64,000 bases of DNA from contig CBDFKJ010000008.1 of the NCBI GenBank assembly GCA_965248805.1, forward strand, positions 316,209 to 380,208, written 5' to 3'. Made by a program: the position numbers and the translations under genes. The DNA comes from Alphaproteobacteria bacterium (GTDB taxonomy: Bacteria; Pseudomonadota; Alphaproteobacteria; UBA6615). Shown one piece after another: positions 1 to 10,213 of this stretch; positions within the stretch are counted from its first letter, which is position 1; each line of letters opens with the position of its first letter. The notes beneath the pieces are model-generated. The model saw only the letters and a program-made list of their open reading frames with translations, did no database searches and was not told where the DNA came from.

Positions 1-896
1 GCGAAGCGCACGACCACTTCTTGGCCGGTGGAGATGCCGCCCAGAATACCGCCGGCTTTGTTCGACAGGAACGTGACGCGGCCGCCGGCCATGCGCATCT
101 CGTCGGCGTTCTGTTCGCCGGTGAGCGCGGCTGCGCCCATGCCGGCGCCGATTTCCACGCCCTTGACGGCGTTGATGCCCATCATCGCCTTGGCCAGATC
201 GGCGTCGAGCTTGTCGTAGACCGGAGCGCCGAGACCTGCCGGTACGCCCGAGGCGGTGACTTCGATCACGGCGCCGAGGCTGGAGCCGGCCTTGCGCACC
301 CGGTCCAACTCGGCCTCCCATGCGAGGGCGGCGGCGGCATCGGGGCACCAGAACGGATTGCGGTCCACTTGTGCCCAGTCCCAGGCATCACGGTCGATGG
401 CGTGCCCGCCCATCTGCACCAGCGCGCCACGAATTGTGACGCCGTCCGGCACCAGCACATCCAGCACCTTGCGGGCGATGGCACCGGCGGCCACCCGCAT
501 CGCCGTCTCGCGCGCCGAGGACCGGCCGCCGCCGCGCGGGTCGCGGATGCCGTATTTCTTCCAGTAGGTGTAGTCGGCGTGGCCGGGGCGGAACTTGTTG
601 GCGATGTCGGCGTAGTCCTTGGCGCGTGCATCGCCGTTGTCGATCACCAGCGCGATCGGCGTGCCGGTGGTCTGGCCCTCGAACACGCCGGAGACGATGC
701 GCACTTGGTCCGGCTCGCGGCGCTGGGTCGTGTGGCGCGACTGACCGGGGCGACGGCGATCGAGATAGGGCTGGATATCGGCCTCCGCCAGCGCCAGACG
801 CGGCGGCACGCCGTCGACCACACAGCCGATGGCCGGTCCGTGGCTCTCGCCCCAGGTGGTGAACCGAAACAGATGGCCGAAGCTGTTGCCCGCCAT
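1..896 (-). CDS. aroC: chorismate synthase (runs off the window's left edge)
   Basis: Not in the ORF track. ATG at 896 on the minus strand gives [29 protein letters not shown], and later RPGHADYTY and [10 protein letters not shown] signatures. Confidence 0.95.
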   Translation of the reverse strand, partial: MAGNSFGHLFRFTTWGESHGPAIGCVVDGVPPRLALAEADIQPYLDRRRPGQSRHTTQRREPDQVRIVSGVFEGQTTGTPIALVIDNGDARAKDYADIANKFRPGHADYTYWKKYGIRDPRGGGRSSARETAMRVAAGAIARKVLDVLVPDGVTIRGALVQMGGHAIDRDAWDWAQVDRNPFWCPDAAAALAWEAELDRVRKAGSSLGAVIEVTASGVPAGLGAPVYDKLDADLAKAMMGINAVKGVEIGAGMGAAALTGEQNADEMRMAGGRVTFLSNKAGGILGGISTGQEVVVRF

Positions 897-899
897 TTC

Positions 900-1745
900 T
901 CAGCGGTTCGCGCGCAGGCCGCCGAGCAGGTCGGCTACATCGGCGGCGGCGTCGACGGCGACCATGCCGACGGTGTGGTAGCCGGCGTCGACATGCATCA
1001 CCTCGCCGGTGACCCCAGCGCCCAGATCCGACAGCAGGAACATCGCCGCGCCGCCGACGTCACCGGTGGTGACGTTGCGCTTCAGCGGCGAGTTGAGCTC
1101 GTTCCAGCGCAGGATGTAGCGGAAATCGCCGATGCCGCTGGCGGCCAAGGTCTTTATCGGGCCGGCGGAGATCGCGTTGACGCGAATGCCGGCCGCGCCC
1201 AGATCGACGGCCAGGTAACGCACGCTGGCCTCCAGCGCCGCCTTGGCAACGCCCATGACGTTGTAGTGCGGCATCACCCGCTCGGCGCCGTAGTAGGTCA
1301 GCGTCAGCAGGCTGCCGCCGTCTTCCATCAGCGGCGTCGCGTGCCGGCAGACGGTCGTAAACGAATAACAAGAGACGTCCATCGTGCGCAGGAAGTTGGT
1401 GCGCGTCGTGGCCACGTATTGGCCTTTCAGCTCGTCCTTGTCGGAATAGGCGATGGCGTGGACGACGAAATCCAGCCCGCCCCACGTCTCCGCCAGGCGG
1501 TCGAATACCGAGGCCACACTTTCGTCATCGGTGACGTCGCACTCTGCCACCAGGTCGGCGCCGACCTGTTCGGCCAGCGGATGCACGCGCTTGCCCAGCG
1601 CATCGCCCTGATAGGTGAAGGCGAGGTTGGCGCCTTGCGCATGTACGGCCTTGGCAATGCCCCAGGCGATCGAGCGATCGTTGGCCACGCCCATAATCAA
1701 CCCGCGTTTGCCGGCCATTAGCGGCGCGACATCGCTCATCACCAC
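900..1745 (-). CDS. fabI: enoyl-ACP reductase
   Basis: GKRGLIMGVANDRSIAWGIA, YNVMGVAKAALEASVRYLA and GPIKTLAA motifs; lies upstream of aroC. Confidence 0.95.
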   Translation of the reverse strand: MVMSDVAPLMAGKRGLIMGVANDRSIAWGIAKAVHAQGANLAFTYQGDALGKRVHPLAEQVGADLVAECDVTDDESVASVFDRLAETWGGLDFVVHAIAYSDKDELKGQYVATTRTNFLRTMDVSCYSFTTVCRHATPLMEDGGSLLTLTYYGAERVMPHYNVMGVAKAALEASVRYLAVDLGAAGIRVNAISAGPIKTLAASGIGDFRYILRWNELNSPLKRNVTTGDVGGAAMFLLSDLGAGVTGEVMHVDAGYHTVGMVAVDAAADVADLLGGLRANR

Positions 1746-1862
1746 CTCGTGCCGGAACGGTCAGGACGGCCCCGGCGCATCCTACACCAACACCCGGTTG
1801 CGGCAAGGCAACCGACCCTGCGTCAACGCTGCGTTAGCGCCCGGCTGGCAAGCTGTGCCATC

Positions 1863-3197
1863 ATGGATGCGAACAACCAGCCTCGCTCCTTTTTGGGCAA
1901 CGCCATGCAACTCGGATTGGCGGCGTCGACGCACCTGGCGGCTTCCGGCGCCTTCCTGGCCTTCCTGCTGCGGCGGTTCAAGGACGACCGCTGCATGCGG
2001 GTCGCCGCGTCGCTGAGCTATACCTCACTGTTGGCTCTGGTGCCGCTTCTGGCCATCGTCTTTTCCGTTTTGGCGGCGTTTCCGGTGTTCGACGACATCC
2101 AGCAGGAGATCCGCCGGTTCATCTTCCTTTATGCCGCGCCGCATGCCGGCGAGCAGGCGCGCAACTACGTCGACGCGTTCGTCGCCAATACCGACCGGTT
2201 GACCGCACTGGGCGTGGTCGGACTGGCCGCCACGGCGATCATGCTGCTGTCGACCATCGAGAATGCCTTCAACTTCATTTGGCGGGTCGTGCGCCCGCGA
2301 CGCCTCTCGCGGCGGCTGGTAGCCTATTGGACCGTGCTGACGCTCGGGCCGCTGCTCGCCGGCGGCGCCGTCTCGATGTCGGCCTACCTTTACGCCGCCG
2401 TACGCTGGGCCGGGCTCGAATCGGACGATATCGGCGTATTCGCGCGGCTGCTGCCCTTCGTGCTCACGGCGGCAACCTTCGCCGTGCTGTACATCACGCT
2501 GCCCAATTGCCGCGTGCGCTGGGTGCATGCGGTCACCGGCGGCTTGGTCGCGGCCCAATTATTCGAACTACTGAAGCAGGGATTCGGCATCTACGTCGCG
2601 GCGTTCCCGGCCTATCGCACGATCTATGGTGCGATGTCCTCGCTGCCCCTGTTCCTGGTCTGGATGTATCTGGTCTGGGCGGTAGTTTTGTTCGGCGCGG
2701 TGATCGCGGCGGCGTGGCCGGAATGGCGGGCCGAGCGCGCGCGCAGTGCCCTGCCGGAACTGACCCAGGGTACGCGCCTGGCCTTGACGCTGAAGGTCTT
2801 GGCGGTCCTGTTCGCAGCGCAGAGGGGGGGCCAAAGAGTCGCCCAGGAAACCCTGACCGAAGCCGTAGGGGGTGAGAGCAATCGCCTGCGCCGAATCCTG
2901 GAGCCATTGGTGCGTGCCCGCTACGCGGTGGAGGCGGAGGACGGCCACTGGCTATTGGCCCGCGATCTGGAGCAGGCGACGTTATTCGATATCTGGTGCA
3001 TGCTGGACTTGCACGCCGGTGCGCCGGGACTGGAGGCGTCCGACAACGGCGCGTGGACGCTGCGGCTACATGAGGTGCTCGAAGATATGGAAGCACACAA
3101 TCGTGGCATGATGGGATTGACGCTGCGTGAGTTGCTGGCGCCGGCGCCCGACGCCCACGCGGGCCGCGGCGCGGCCCAACTCAGGCCGGTGGACTGA
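1863..3197 (+). CDS. YihY/BrkB family inner-membrane protein with C-terminal winged-helix-like extension
   Basis: AASLSYTSLLALVP and YRTIYGAMSSLPLFLVWMYLVW motifs; ATG at 1863 chosen as start. Confidence 0.85.
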   Translation: MDANNQPRSFLGNAMQLGLAASTHLAASGAFLAFLLRRFKDDRCMRVAASLSYTSLLALVPLLAIVFSVLAAFPVFDDIQQEIRRFIFLYAAPHAGEQARNYVDAFVANTDRLTALGVVGLAATAIMLLSTIENAFNFIWRVVRPRRLSRRLVAYWTVLTLGPLLAGGAVSMSAYLYAAVRWAGLESDDIGVFARLLPFVLTAATFAVLYITLPNCRVRWVHAVTGGLVAAQLFELLKQGFGIYVAAFPAYRTIYGAMSSLPLFLVWMYLVWAVVLFGAVIAAAWPEWRAERARSALPELTQGTRLALTLKVLAVLFAAQRGGQRVAQETLTEAVGGESNRLRRILEPLVRARYAVEAEDGHWLLARDLEQATLFDIWCMLDLHAGAPGLEASDNGAWTLRLHEVLEDMEAHNRGMMGLTLRELLAPAPDAHAGRGAAQLRPVD

Positions 3198-3252
3198 CGG
3201 GCCGGCGGCTAACTAGTGACGACGCCGCCGGATCGGCAGCGCCAATATAGGA

Positions 3253-3720
3253 CTAGATGACCTTCCAGCTGCCGTCGGGCTGTTGGCACGCCGTTCCATG
3301 AGCCTGCTCAGTTTGGCCACCAACCACGATCGTGGTCTGATACTCGCGGCAATAGGCGCCCGTTTGCGTGTTGGTGCCGTCGCGCACGGGGGTAACCGTG
3401 CCGGAGTGGCCGCTATCCGGATTGTTCCAGGCGACGGTCTGGTTCATCGGTGCGGTATGGGCTTGGGTCGCCGCTTGCTGCGCCGCCAACTGGTCGGCCC
3501 GGTCAAGCGACTTGCCGAGCTCGCTGCCCAGGAACGCGCCCAACAGCGTGCCTGCGGCCACTGCCGCCAGTTGGCCGCGGCCGCCGCCGATCTGCGCGCC
3601 CAACAGGCCACCAGCGGCCGCGCCGCCCAAAGTGCCCACGGTCTGCTTGGTTCCCGCGCCCTCACATGCCGCAAGCGCCAATCCGGCGCCGACAATTGCG
3701 ACAACAAGCTTGTTAGCCAT
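3253..3720 (-). CDS. 17-kDa surface antigen-like glycine-zipper lipoprotein (RT0821/Lpp0805 type)
   Basis: Lipobox LAAC, glycine zipper, WNNPDSG, CREY and GTAC..PDGSW. Confidence 0.85.
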   Translation of the reverse strand: MANKLVVAIVGAGLALAACEGAGTKQTVGTLGGAAAGGLLGAQIGGGRGQLAAVAAGTLLGAFLGSELGKSLDRADQLAAQQAATQAHTAPMNQTVAWNNPDSGHSGTVTPVRDGTNTQTGAYCREYQTTIVVGGQTEQAHGTACQQPDGSWKVI

Positions 3721-3931
3721 GGCAATATCCCTGTGTTGACGTGTCTGACGGCAGCGCACGCGGCCGGACCTTGAGAGTCCAGATCCTACACAAGCACGTG
3801 CGATGTTATCTCAAATCGATGTTAATAATCCCTTTTGCAAGGCACAACCGGCCAATTGGGGCCAGTTTTCCGCGCGACAGTGCACGGTGATCGCGGCTGC
3901 AAATTGCACCGTCGGTGTGCGATAATGCGTT

Positions 3932-4861
3932 ATGAGCGAGCCGCACCAGGATCCGATGTGCCAGCCGGCCTTGAATGGCGCGCTGATGCGGCGGGCCACG
4001 TACGCCTCGGTCGGTGTCGCAACGACCCTGATCCTGGCCAAGTTCGTGGCCTGGTTCTTGACCGATTCGGTGGCGATCCTGTCCACGCTCGTCGATTCGG
4101 TCCTGGACGCGCTGGCGTCGCTGGTCACCATGTTCGCGGTCAGCCACGCGCTGACCCCGGCCGACCGCGAGCATCGCTTTGGCCATGGCAAGGCCGAACC
4201 ACTGGCCAGCGCCGGTCAGGCGGCTTTCATTGCCGGTTCGGCGACGTTGGTGCTGTTCGAGGCCGGGCATCGGCTGTGGCAGCCACGGCCCATAGAAAGC
4301 GGCGAGATCGGCATTGCCGTGATGATATTCTCCATCATTTTGACGGCCGCTCTGGTCACCTATCAGCGTTCGGTCGTCCGCCGCACGGGCTCGATCGCCA
4401 TAAGCGGCGACTCGGTGCACTACACCGGCGACCTGCTGACCAATCTCGCCGTGATCGCGAGCCTGGTGGCGGCACACTGGCTCGGCCTCGTATGGATGGA
4501 CGCGCTGTTCGGCGGCGCCATCGCGACCTACCTGCTGTTCAGCGCCTGGCTGGTGGCGAAACGGTCACTGGCAATGCTGATGGATCATGAATTGCCCGAC
4601 TCGGACCGCGAACGGATCAAGACCATAGCACTCGCGCATCCGGACGTGGCGGCCATCCATGAATTGCGGACCCGGGCCTCCGGTCAGGACCGGTTCATCC
4701 AGTTCCACTTGGAGATGGACGGGCGGCTGTCGTTGACGCGAGCGCACGCCGTCGCCGATCAAGTCGAGGCCGAGCTGCGGACCATCTTTCCGCAAGCCGA
4801 GGTGATCATCCATCAAGATCCCGCGGGCATCGACGAGCAGCACCGAAAACTTGCCAGTTGA
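3932..4861 (+). CDS. fieF: cation diffusion facilitator (FieF/YiiP-like)
   Basis: DSVLD, PADREHRFGHGKAE and C-terminal IIHQDP. Confidence 0.85.
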   Translation: MSEPHQDPMCQPALNGALMRRATYASVGVATTLILAKFVAWFLTDSVAILSTLVDSVLDALASLVTMFAVSHALTPADREHRFGHGKAEPLASAGQAAFIAGSATLVLFEAGHRLWQPRPIESGEIGIAVMIFSIILTAALVTYQRSVVRRTGSIAISGDSVHYTGDLLTNLAVIASLVAAHWLGLVWMDALFGGAIATYLLFSAWLVAKRSLAMLMDHELPDSDRERIKTIALAHPDVAAIHELRTRASGQDRFIQFHLEMDGRLSLTRAHAVADQVEAELRTIFPQAEVIIHQDPAGIDEQHRKLAS

Positions 4862-4870
4862 ACGTGACAC

Positions 4871-5771
4871 GTGGACGCTGGCCACAGAGTTGGACCTCGT
4901 AAAGGTGATGCGGTGACGATCAAAACCATACTGGTGCCCCTGCGCGGCCTGGATGAAGACGCGCCGGCGCTGACGGTCGCGATACAGCTCGCAGGCGAAT
5001 TTTCATCGCATATCGAGGCGATTCATCCGCGACCGGACCCGAAGACGATCGTGCCGTATATCGGCGATGCCGCCTCGGGAACGCTGATACAGGACATCAT
5101 GGACGCGGCCGCCCGCGACGCCGCCGAGCAGTCCGAGCGCGCCAAGGCCTTGTTTGAACGTCTGGGCGCCGCGGTCGCGCGGGCGGAGTCACCGCAGGAT
5201 GCCGGGCCATCGATCAACTGGCGCGAGGTCGTTGGGGACGTCAATGACGTCGTTGCCCGCCGCGGCCGCCTGTTCGATCTCGTGGTCTGCGCCCGGCCCC
5301 AATCCGCCGATGACATCGAGGCGCAGATGTTGGTCGAGGCGATCCTGTTCAACAGCGGCCGACCGGTCCTGCTGGTGCCGCCGCAGCCGCCGGCATCGGT
5401 CGGCGATTGTATCGCGATCGGCTGGAACGACAGCGCGCCGGCGGCGCGCGCGATTGCCGATGCGGCGCCGTTCCTGAGCCGGGCCAGCCGAGTCAGCGTG
5501 CTCTGCATCGGCAAGGCCGGCACCGCCCCGGCCGATCCGGCGGGCCGCGGTCGACGCCCTGGCCTGGCGCGGCGTAACGGCGCAATCGTGTGCAATCGAA
5601 GGGGATGCGGCGGCCGCCGGCGGCGTCTTGTTCGAGGAGGCGTCCCGCCGCGGCTGCGACCTGCTGGTCATGGGCGGTTTCTCACACAGCCGCCTGCGCG
5701 AGCTGATCCTCGGCGGTGCGACCCGAGACGCGTTGCGGACAGCGGCGCTGCCCGTTCTGATTAGCCACTAG
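4871..5771 (+). pseudogene. universal stress protein, frameshifted
   Basis: KTILVP, DLVV and GRPVLLVP motifs. The terminal DLLVMGGFSHSRLRELILGGATR...PVLISH* (stop at 5771) is in another frame after ~5550. Confidence 0.75.
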
Positions 5772-5775
5772 ACCT

Positions 5776-6531
5776 ATGCCCGGGGAAACTCGCACCGTGG
5801 TGCTGACCGGCGCCAGCCGGGGGATCGGTCACGCCACGGTCAAGCGGTTCTCGGCGGATGGCTGGCGCATCATCACCTGCAGCCGCGAGGACACGCCCGA
5901 ACACTGCAAGCGCGATCCGAATTGGACGCACCACTTTCCGACCGATTTGAGCGCACCGAAGAGCATCGAGCATTTCCTGGACGAGGTGAGCGCCGTGGTG
6001 GGCGACGGCGCCATCCACGCGCTCGTGAACAACGCCGCCGTCTCGCCCAAGACCGAATTCAAGGAGCGGCTGGGGTGCCTAAACGGTTCGCTGGAGCGCT
6101 GGCGCGAAGTGTTCGAACTGAACCTGTTTGCGCCGCTGGCGCTGTCGCGCGGGTTCGCCTCGACACTCGCGCGCGGGTCCAAGAGCGACGGCGGTGCGGC
6201 GATCCTCAACATCACCTCGATCGCCGGCCATGCGATCCATCCCTTCGCCGGCTCGGCCTATTCCACATCCAAGGCCGCGCTATCGGCGCTGACGCGCGAG
6301 ATGGCGGTCGAGTTCGCGCAGTTGGGTGTCCGCGTCAACGCCGTCGCCCCGGGCGAGATCGAAACCGAAATGATCGGCGAGGACTACGAACCTCTGATTG
6401 CCCGCATCCCGATGCACCGCATGGGCACCCCCGATGAGGTGGCGGCCACGGTCTATCAGCTATGCAATCCGGATTTCGGCTACGTGACCGGGACCGAGGT
6501 GTTCGTCACCGGCGGTCAGCACCTGTACTAG
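5776..6531 (+). CDS. short-chain dehydrogenase/reductase
   Basis: TGASRGIG, NNAA and YSTSK catalytic motif. Confidence 0.9.
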   Translation: MPGETRTVVLTGASRGIGHATVKRFSADGWRIITCSREDTPEHCKRDPNWTHHFPTDLSAPKSIEHFLDEVSAVVGDGAIHALVNNAAVSPKTEFKERLGCLNGSLERWREVFELNLFAPLALSRGFASTLARGSKSDGGAAILNITSIAGHAIHPFAGSAYSTSKAALSALTREMAVEFAQLGVRVNAVAPGEIETEMIGEDYEPLIARIPMHRMGTPDEVAATVYQLCNPDFGYVTGTEVFVTGGQHLY

Positions 6532-7000
6532 CCAGCTGTTGCGCCTGGCCCAGCAGTTCGACCATCCGCGACTGTGCCGTTTTGGGGAGCTGCACCGTCG
6601 CGGCCGCGTCCAGATTCGGCGACGGATCGCCGACAATGATCAACCCCACCATGCCCAAGGTGAAATGCGGCGCACAGCGCACGCCGTATGCCCCCTCCTG
6701 CTCGAAGGCGATGGTGATCGGTGTGCTGATCTTGCCGCGCCAGGTGATTGCGTCGTCGGGCGCGATGGTGTCGATCGATTGGCTGTTGTGGCCATTGTCG
6801 ACGGGTACGAACGTCACCGAATCGCCGGGCTGAATGCGCAACAGCATCGGCTCGAACACGAACAGGCCACCGTCACCACGGTTGCGCAGCTCGACCACAT
6901 GCTCGGTCGCCGCGGCATCGGTGGTCGACGGCCATCCCGCCCACAGACCCGTGAAAACGGCCAGCGTGGCGGCGGCTCCGATCGATAGCGTCTTGCGCAT
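6506..7000 (-). CDS. pseudoazurin/plastocyanin-like blue copper protein
   Basis: Signal peptide, FEP...PGDSVTF, H ligand in GHN and C-x2-H-x4-M (CAPHFTLGM). Confidence 0.85.
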   Translation of the reverse strand: MRKTLSIGAAATLAVFTGLWAGWPSTTDAAATEHVVELRNRGDGGLFVFEPMLLRIQPGDSVTFVPVDNGHNSQSIDTIAPDDAITWRGKISTPITIAFEQEGAYGVRCAPHFTLGMVGLIIVGDPSPNLDAAATVQLPKTAQSRMVELLGQAQQLASTGADRR

Positions 7001-7137
7001 GCCGTCTCTCCCGATCCGATCGCGGACGGCGCCCTGCGCCGTCGAAGAGGTAAAGATGGGACCCGCCGCGGTCGAGGCGAAATAAACACCTCTCACGTTC
7101 CGCTGAAGATATGTGACGGCGCCGGCGAAGGCGGTGT

Positions 7138-7683
7138 TCAGGTACCGGCGATGGGGACGAGCGTGTGCAGCCAGTCGAGCCGAACGTTGACCCGCGCGAT
7201 TTCATGATCGAGCCAGGCTGCAAGAAAGCCCGGTTCGCCAGCGTGACGCTGGCGGAGATCAGCCAGGCGTGCACTTTCGGTCTCGGTCATTTCGATCAAC
7301 CGGTCGATCTGATCGCGCTGCTCGTCCGCCGGCAGCACATGCAGGAACCGTAGCTTCAAGGCCAGGATGAGTTGGGCGACGCCGTCGGCCGGCGTGCGCA
7401 CGTTGGCGTGGAGCAACGCGCGCAAGGCCGTATGCCCAGCCGCGGTGATCTGCAACAGGGCATTGTCCTCCCTGCCCTCGCCTTCGACGGGTTCGACCAG
7501 GGTCTCAAAGCGCAGCAATTCAATGCTGGTGCCGAGCAAATCAAGCGAAGGCCCGGTGATGCGGCTGGTGAAGGCTCGCACCTCGCGCGCTAGATCGCCG
7601 TAGCGCATGGGCTGCATCGCCAGCATGTCCAACGCCGCCATGCGGATGGCTTCGGTTGGGATCAGCGTGTTATCGCGATACAT
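7138..7683 (-). CDS. conserved hypothetical protein, PadR-like winged helix plus helical C-terminus
   Basis: MYRDNTLIPTEAIR start, wing motif LQITAAG and C-terminal LALKLRFL; typical codon usage. Confidence 0.6.
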   Translation of the reverse strand: MYRDNTLIPTEAIRMAALDMLAMQPMRYGDLAREVRAFTSRITGPSLDLLGTSIELLRFETLVEPVEGEGREDNALLQITAAGHTALRALLHANVRTPADGVAQLILALKLRFLHVLPADEQRDQIDRLIEMTETESARLADLRQRHAGEPGFLAAWLDHEIARVNVRLDWLHTLVPIAGT

Positions 7684-7815
7684 CAGCCACCGGTTTCGCT
7701 GCGTCAATAGCGTGATGTCATAATAGGTGGCACGGCCGCCGAAGCCGCGCAAGGGCCGCCGTTGGTCCCGCGTCGCCGAGATTTTTCATAACACGGAGTT
7801 GAAAGTAATCGATTA

Positions 7816-7831
7816 ACGTGTATATACACGT
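7816..7831. promoter_or_regulatory. perfect 16-bp palindrome ACGTGTATATACACGT, probable MarR operator
   Basis: Ends 3 bp before the marR ATG; a near copy (GTGCATATACACGT) lies at 8322-8335. Confidence 0.7.
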
Positions 7832-7834
7832 GTC

Positions 7835-8296
7835 ATGACCACGCAGGATCTAGGTGCGATTGCCAACGAGGCCCGCCGTTCGGGCGTACGCTGCACGTGC
7901 GGCAATCTGCGCATGGCGGCGCGCGCCGTGACGCAAATGTACGATACGCTGCTGCAGCCGACCGGCATCAAGGCGACCCAGTTGAACGTGCTCATCGCCG
8001 CGGCGGCACTGCGTGAGGCGACGATCTCGCAACTCGCAGCAGCCATGGTCATGGACCGCACTACCTTGACGCGAAACCTCAAGCCACTGGTGGCTCAAAA
8101 ACTGATTGAAGTCGCGCCCGGTACGGATCGCCGCAATCGCATCGTCACCCTGACCACCGCCGGACGGAACACGATCGAGACCGCGTGGCCCCTCTGGTCC
8201 GAAGCTCAGGACCGCGTCGTGGCCGGCCTCGGTCAGGAGAGGTGGCAAAGGCTGCTCGCCGACCTCTCCGCAGTGACGTCCCTGCTGCGCGCATGA
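7835..8296 (+). CDS. MarR family transcriptional regulator
   Basis: CTCGNLRMAARAVTQMYD, MDRTTLTRNL and DRR...LT..G. Confidence 0.9.
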   Translation: MTTQDLGAIANEARRSGVRCTCGNLRMAARAVTQMYDTLLQPTGIKATQLNVLIAAAALREATISQLAAAMVMDRTTLTRNLKPLVAQKLIEVAPGTDRRNRIVTLTTAGRNTIETAWPLWSEAQDRVVAGLGQERWQRLLADLSAVTSLLRA

Positions 8297-8321
8297 TGAG
8301 CTGATTCTCTGGGGCAATTGA

Positions 8322-8335
8322 GTGCATATACACGT
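8322..8335. promoter_or_regulatory. second MarR operator-like site
   Basis: GTGCATATACACGT is one mismatch from the upstream palindrome; it precedes the AAGGAG RBS and ATG 8364. Confidence 0.6.
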
Positions 8336-8469
8336 GTAACAGCCAAACCTAAGGAGAGCAAAGATGATCACCACTCGACCCACCACGAACCCCGCGCGTG
8401 CCGCGTTGGCGGCGCTGTTGCTGATCGGCGTTGCCGCGCCACTCCCGGCGGCCGCGGCCGACACCCATG

Positions 8470-9045
8470 CACATCCGAATTGGGCCGCGAGCCGCCTCGC
8501 GGCTGTTCCCCGCGGCCTGGGTGAGGGAGGCCAACAATATCCCTCTGCAAGTCGTGTGGAACGGACCTCGCGATGGAGGTGGCTACCTGCCGGCGCACAT
8601 CGCCGGGACTACAAGGGTCGGCGGTCAGAAGATCGCCAAACAGCAAGGTGTGGCCCTCGCCAATGTCAGCGAAGACTTCGGCAACGCCGTGCACGAGTAC
8701 GCCCACCATCTCCAGGCCGCCCTGCCTGAACTCGACGATCTATTCCAGGATCTCCACCGCAGGCGGACCTCCGGCGATCCGCTGTTGGCGCTCCCCGATT
8801 ACGGCTGGATCGGGCGCAAGGATCGGTACGTCGATTCCTATACAGGGCGGGAATACGCCAACTGGCAGAAGTACCGGGCAAATGGCCCCGCCCTTGAAGT
8901 GATCACTCGTGCATACCAAATGGTGTTTTATCCGCTGCCGAAAGCCGAGAAGCTCGGTGAGCTGGTGCGCGAAGATCCGGAGATGCTTGATTTTATCCTC
9001 GGAACACTGCTCCGCTATGATCCGAAGAGTGGGGATAGGCGATGA
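8470..9045 (+). pseudogene. 5'-truncated HExxH metallopeptidase-like domain, probably the C-terminal extension of a MuF minor head protein
   Basis: AVHEYAHHLQ, LHRRRT.GD, D.Y.D.Y.G.EY, LEV.T and D.EM.DF..G motifs. Same position relative to the element end as MuF in the 45825 element. Confidence 0.6.
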
Positions 9046-9446
9046 CGGTCCACACCATCATGCTCCCAGATCGCATGCGCGGGCGCGAGCCGCGCAGGGT
9101 CATCTGGGATGATGAAGCCGGGACCGTCACCGGAGAGCATTCGCGCATTCCGTGGATGCAGGAGGTGCTCGCTAGGCCGACCCCGGTGAATTTCTGCGAC
9201 GACGAGCAGGTCTTGTTCCTCAAGGACCCGGCGCACGACCCGCGCGATTTTCTGCACCTGTTGGGGGAGGCCTATTGGCCGATCTACGAGGACCCCGACC
9301 GCCAACGCCTCCCGCCGGCCCTCCGCGATGTCAAGCCGCGCCCCGTCCGGCCGCCGGCGAACGCCATCCTCGACGAGAACGGACTTATCATCGGGCCCGG
9401 ACACTACGACGAGGACGGCAACCTCGTCGTCATGGGGGTCTATTAG
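9042..9446 (+). CDS. small hypothetical protein, candidate immunity protein
   Basis: ATGA overlap with the upstream domain and a GGGGA RBS-like sequence; 134 aa. Confidence 0.6.
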   Translation: MTVHTIMLPDRMRGREPRRVIWDDEAGTVTGEHSRIPWMQEVLARPTPVNFCDDEQVLFLKDPAHDPRDFLHLLGEAYWPIYEDPDRQRLPPALRDVKPRPVRPPANAILDENGLIIGPGHYDEDGNLVVMGVY

Positions 9447-10213
9447 GCAACGTCAGAATTGCTAACAATTCCGGCTGATTCCGACCCCTCGAAACAACTC
9501 GATTTTCCTGGCGATTAAGGCCCCTTGAACCGGCCATAAAATCGCGTTTTCAAGGCCATTTGCGCCTCGTGAACGGCCGATTCACAAAGACTTTTGGTTT
9601 CCTTCCCGCGGCGCGTCGCCGCCCCCCAAGCCGTTGATAACCTTGGTCTCATCCGGCCACTTCCGGCCTCTTCCGGCCTCTTCCGGATTCACAAAGACTT
9701 TTGTCCCCGCACAGTGGAGTTGCATCATTTCGGCGCCGGCAACACGGCCGGCGACACGGTGGTCTACGCTCCCGATGCGCGGGTCGACTGGACAGGCAAC
9801 CTGGTGGTCGGCGAAGGCACGATCCCGCCGATCTTCGAGACCGATGCGGCCACCTATCTCGCCACCATCGCCCGCTTCGCGCGCACGCTCGATGTGGAAA
9901 CCATCATCCCCGGTCACGGGTTTCCCACAACCGGCGCGATCCTGGGGCGCTACATGACCTATCTGGGCGATTTGCTGGAGCGCGTGCGCACAGTCGTGCG
10001 ACAGGATGCATCGCTGGCCGACGCCTTGGCGACAGTGCCGCTCGCCGAAAGCTACCTGCCGCCGGTGGAGTTGCCGCTGGCCGAGGTGCGGCCGTTCCTC
10101 ATCGGCCTACACCGCCTCAACGTGCAGATGACCTATCTTTCGCTCGTTGACTGACCGGCAATTGCGTGGGGGGGGGATTGCATTCCGCCCCCGCACCTCG
10201 CGACCGGCCGACC

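Larger units (their letters stand above)
8470..9713. mobile_element. remnant of a Mu-like transposable prophage with one intact end; left boundary approximate
   Basis: Terminus AAAGACTTTTGTCCCCGCACA at 9713. About 240 bp are homologous (reverse complement) to the 45825 end of the other element. Confidence 0.8.
8364..10154 (+). pseudogene. secreted MBL-fold metallo-hydrolase, disrupted by a Mu-like element and a deletion
   Basis: Signal-peptide 5' part at 8364-~8470 (..LPAAAADT). The 3' part from 9714 reads VELHHFGAGNTAGDTVVY...IIPGHG. The central HxHxDH region is missing. Confidence 0.7.
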
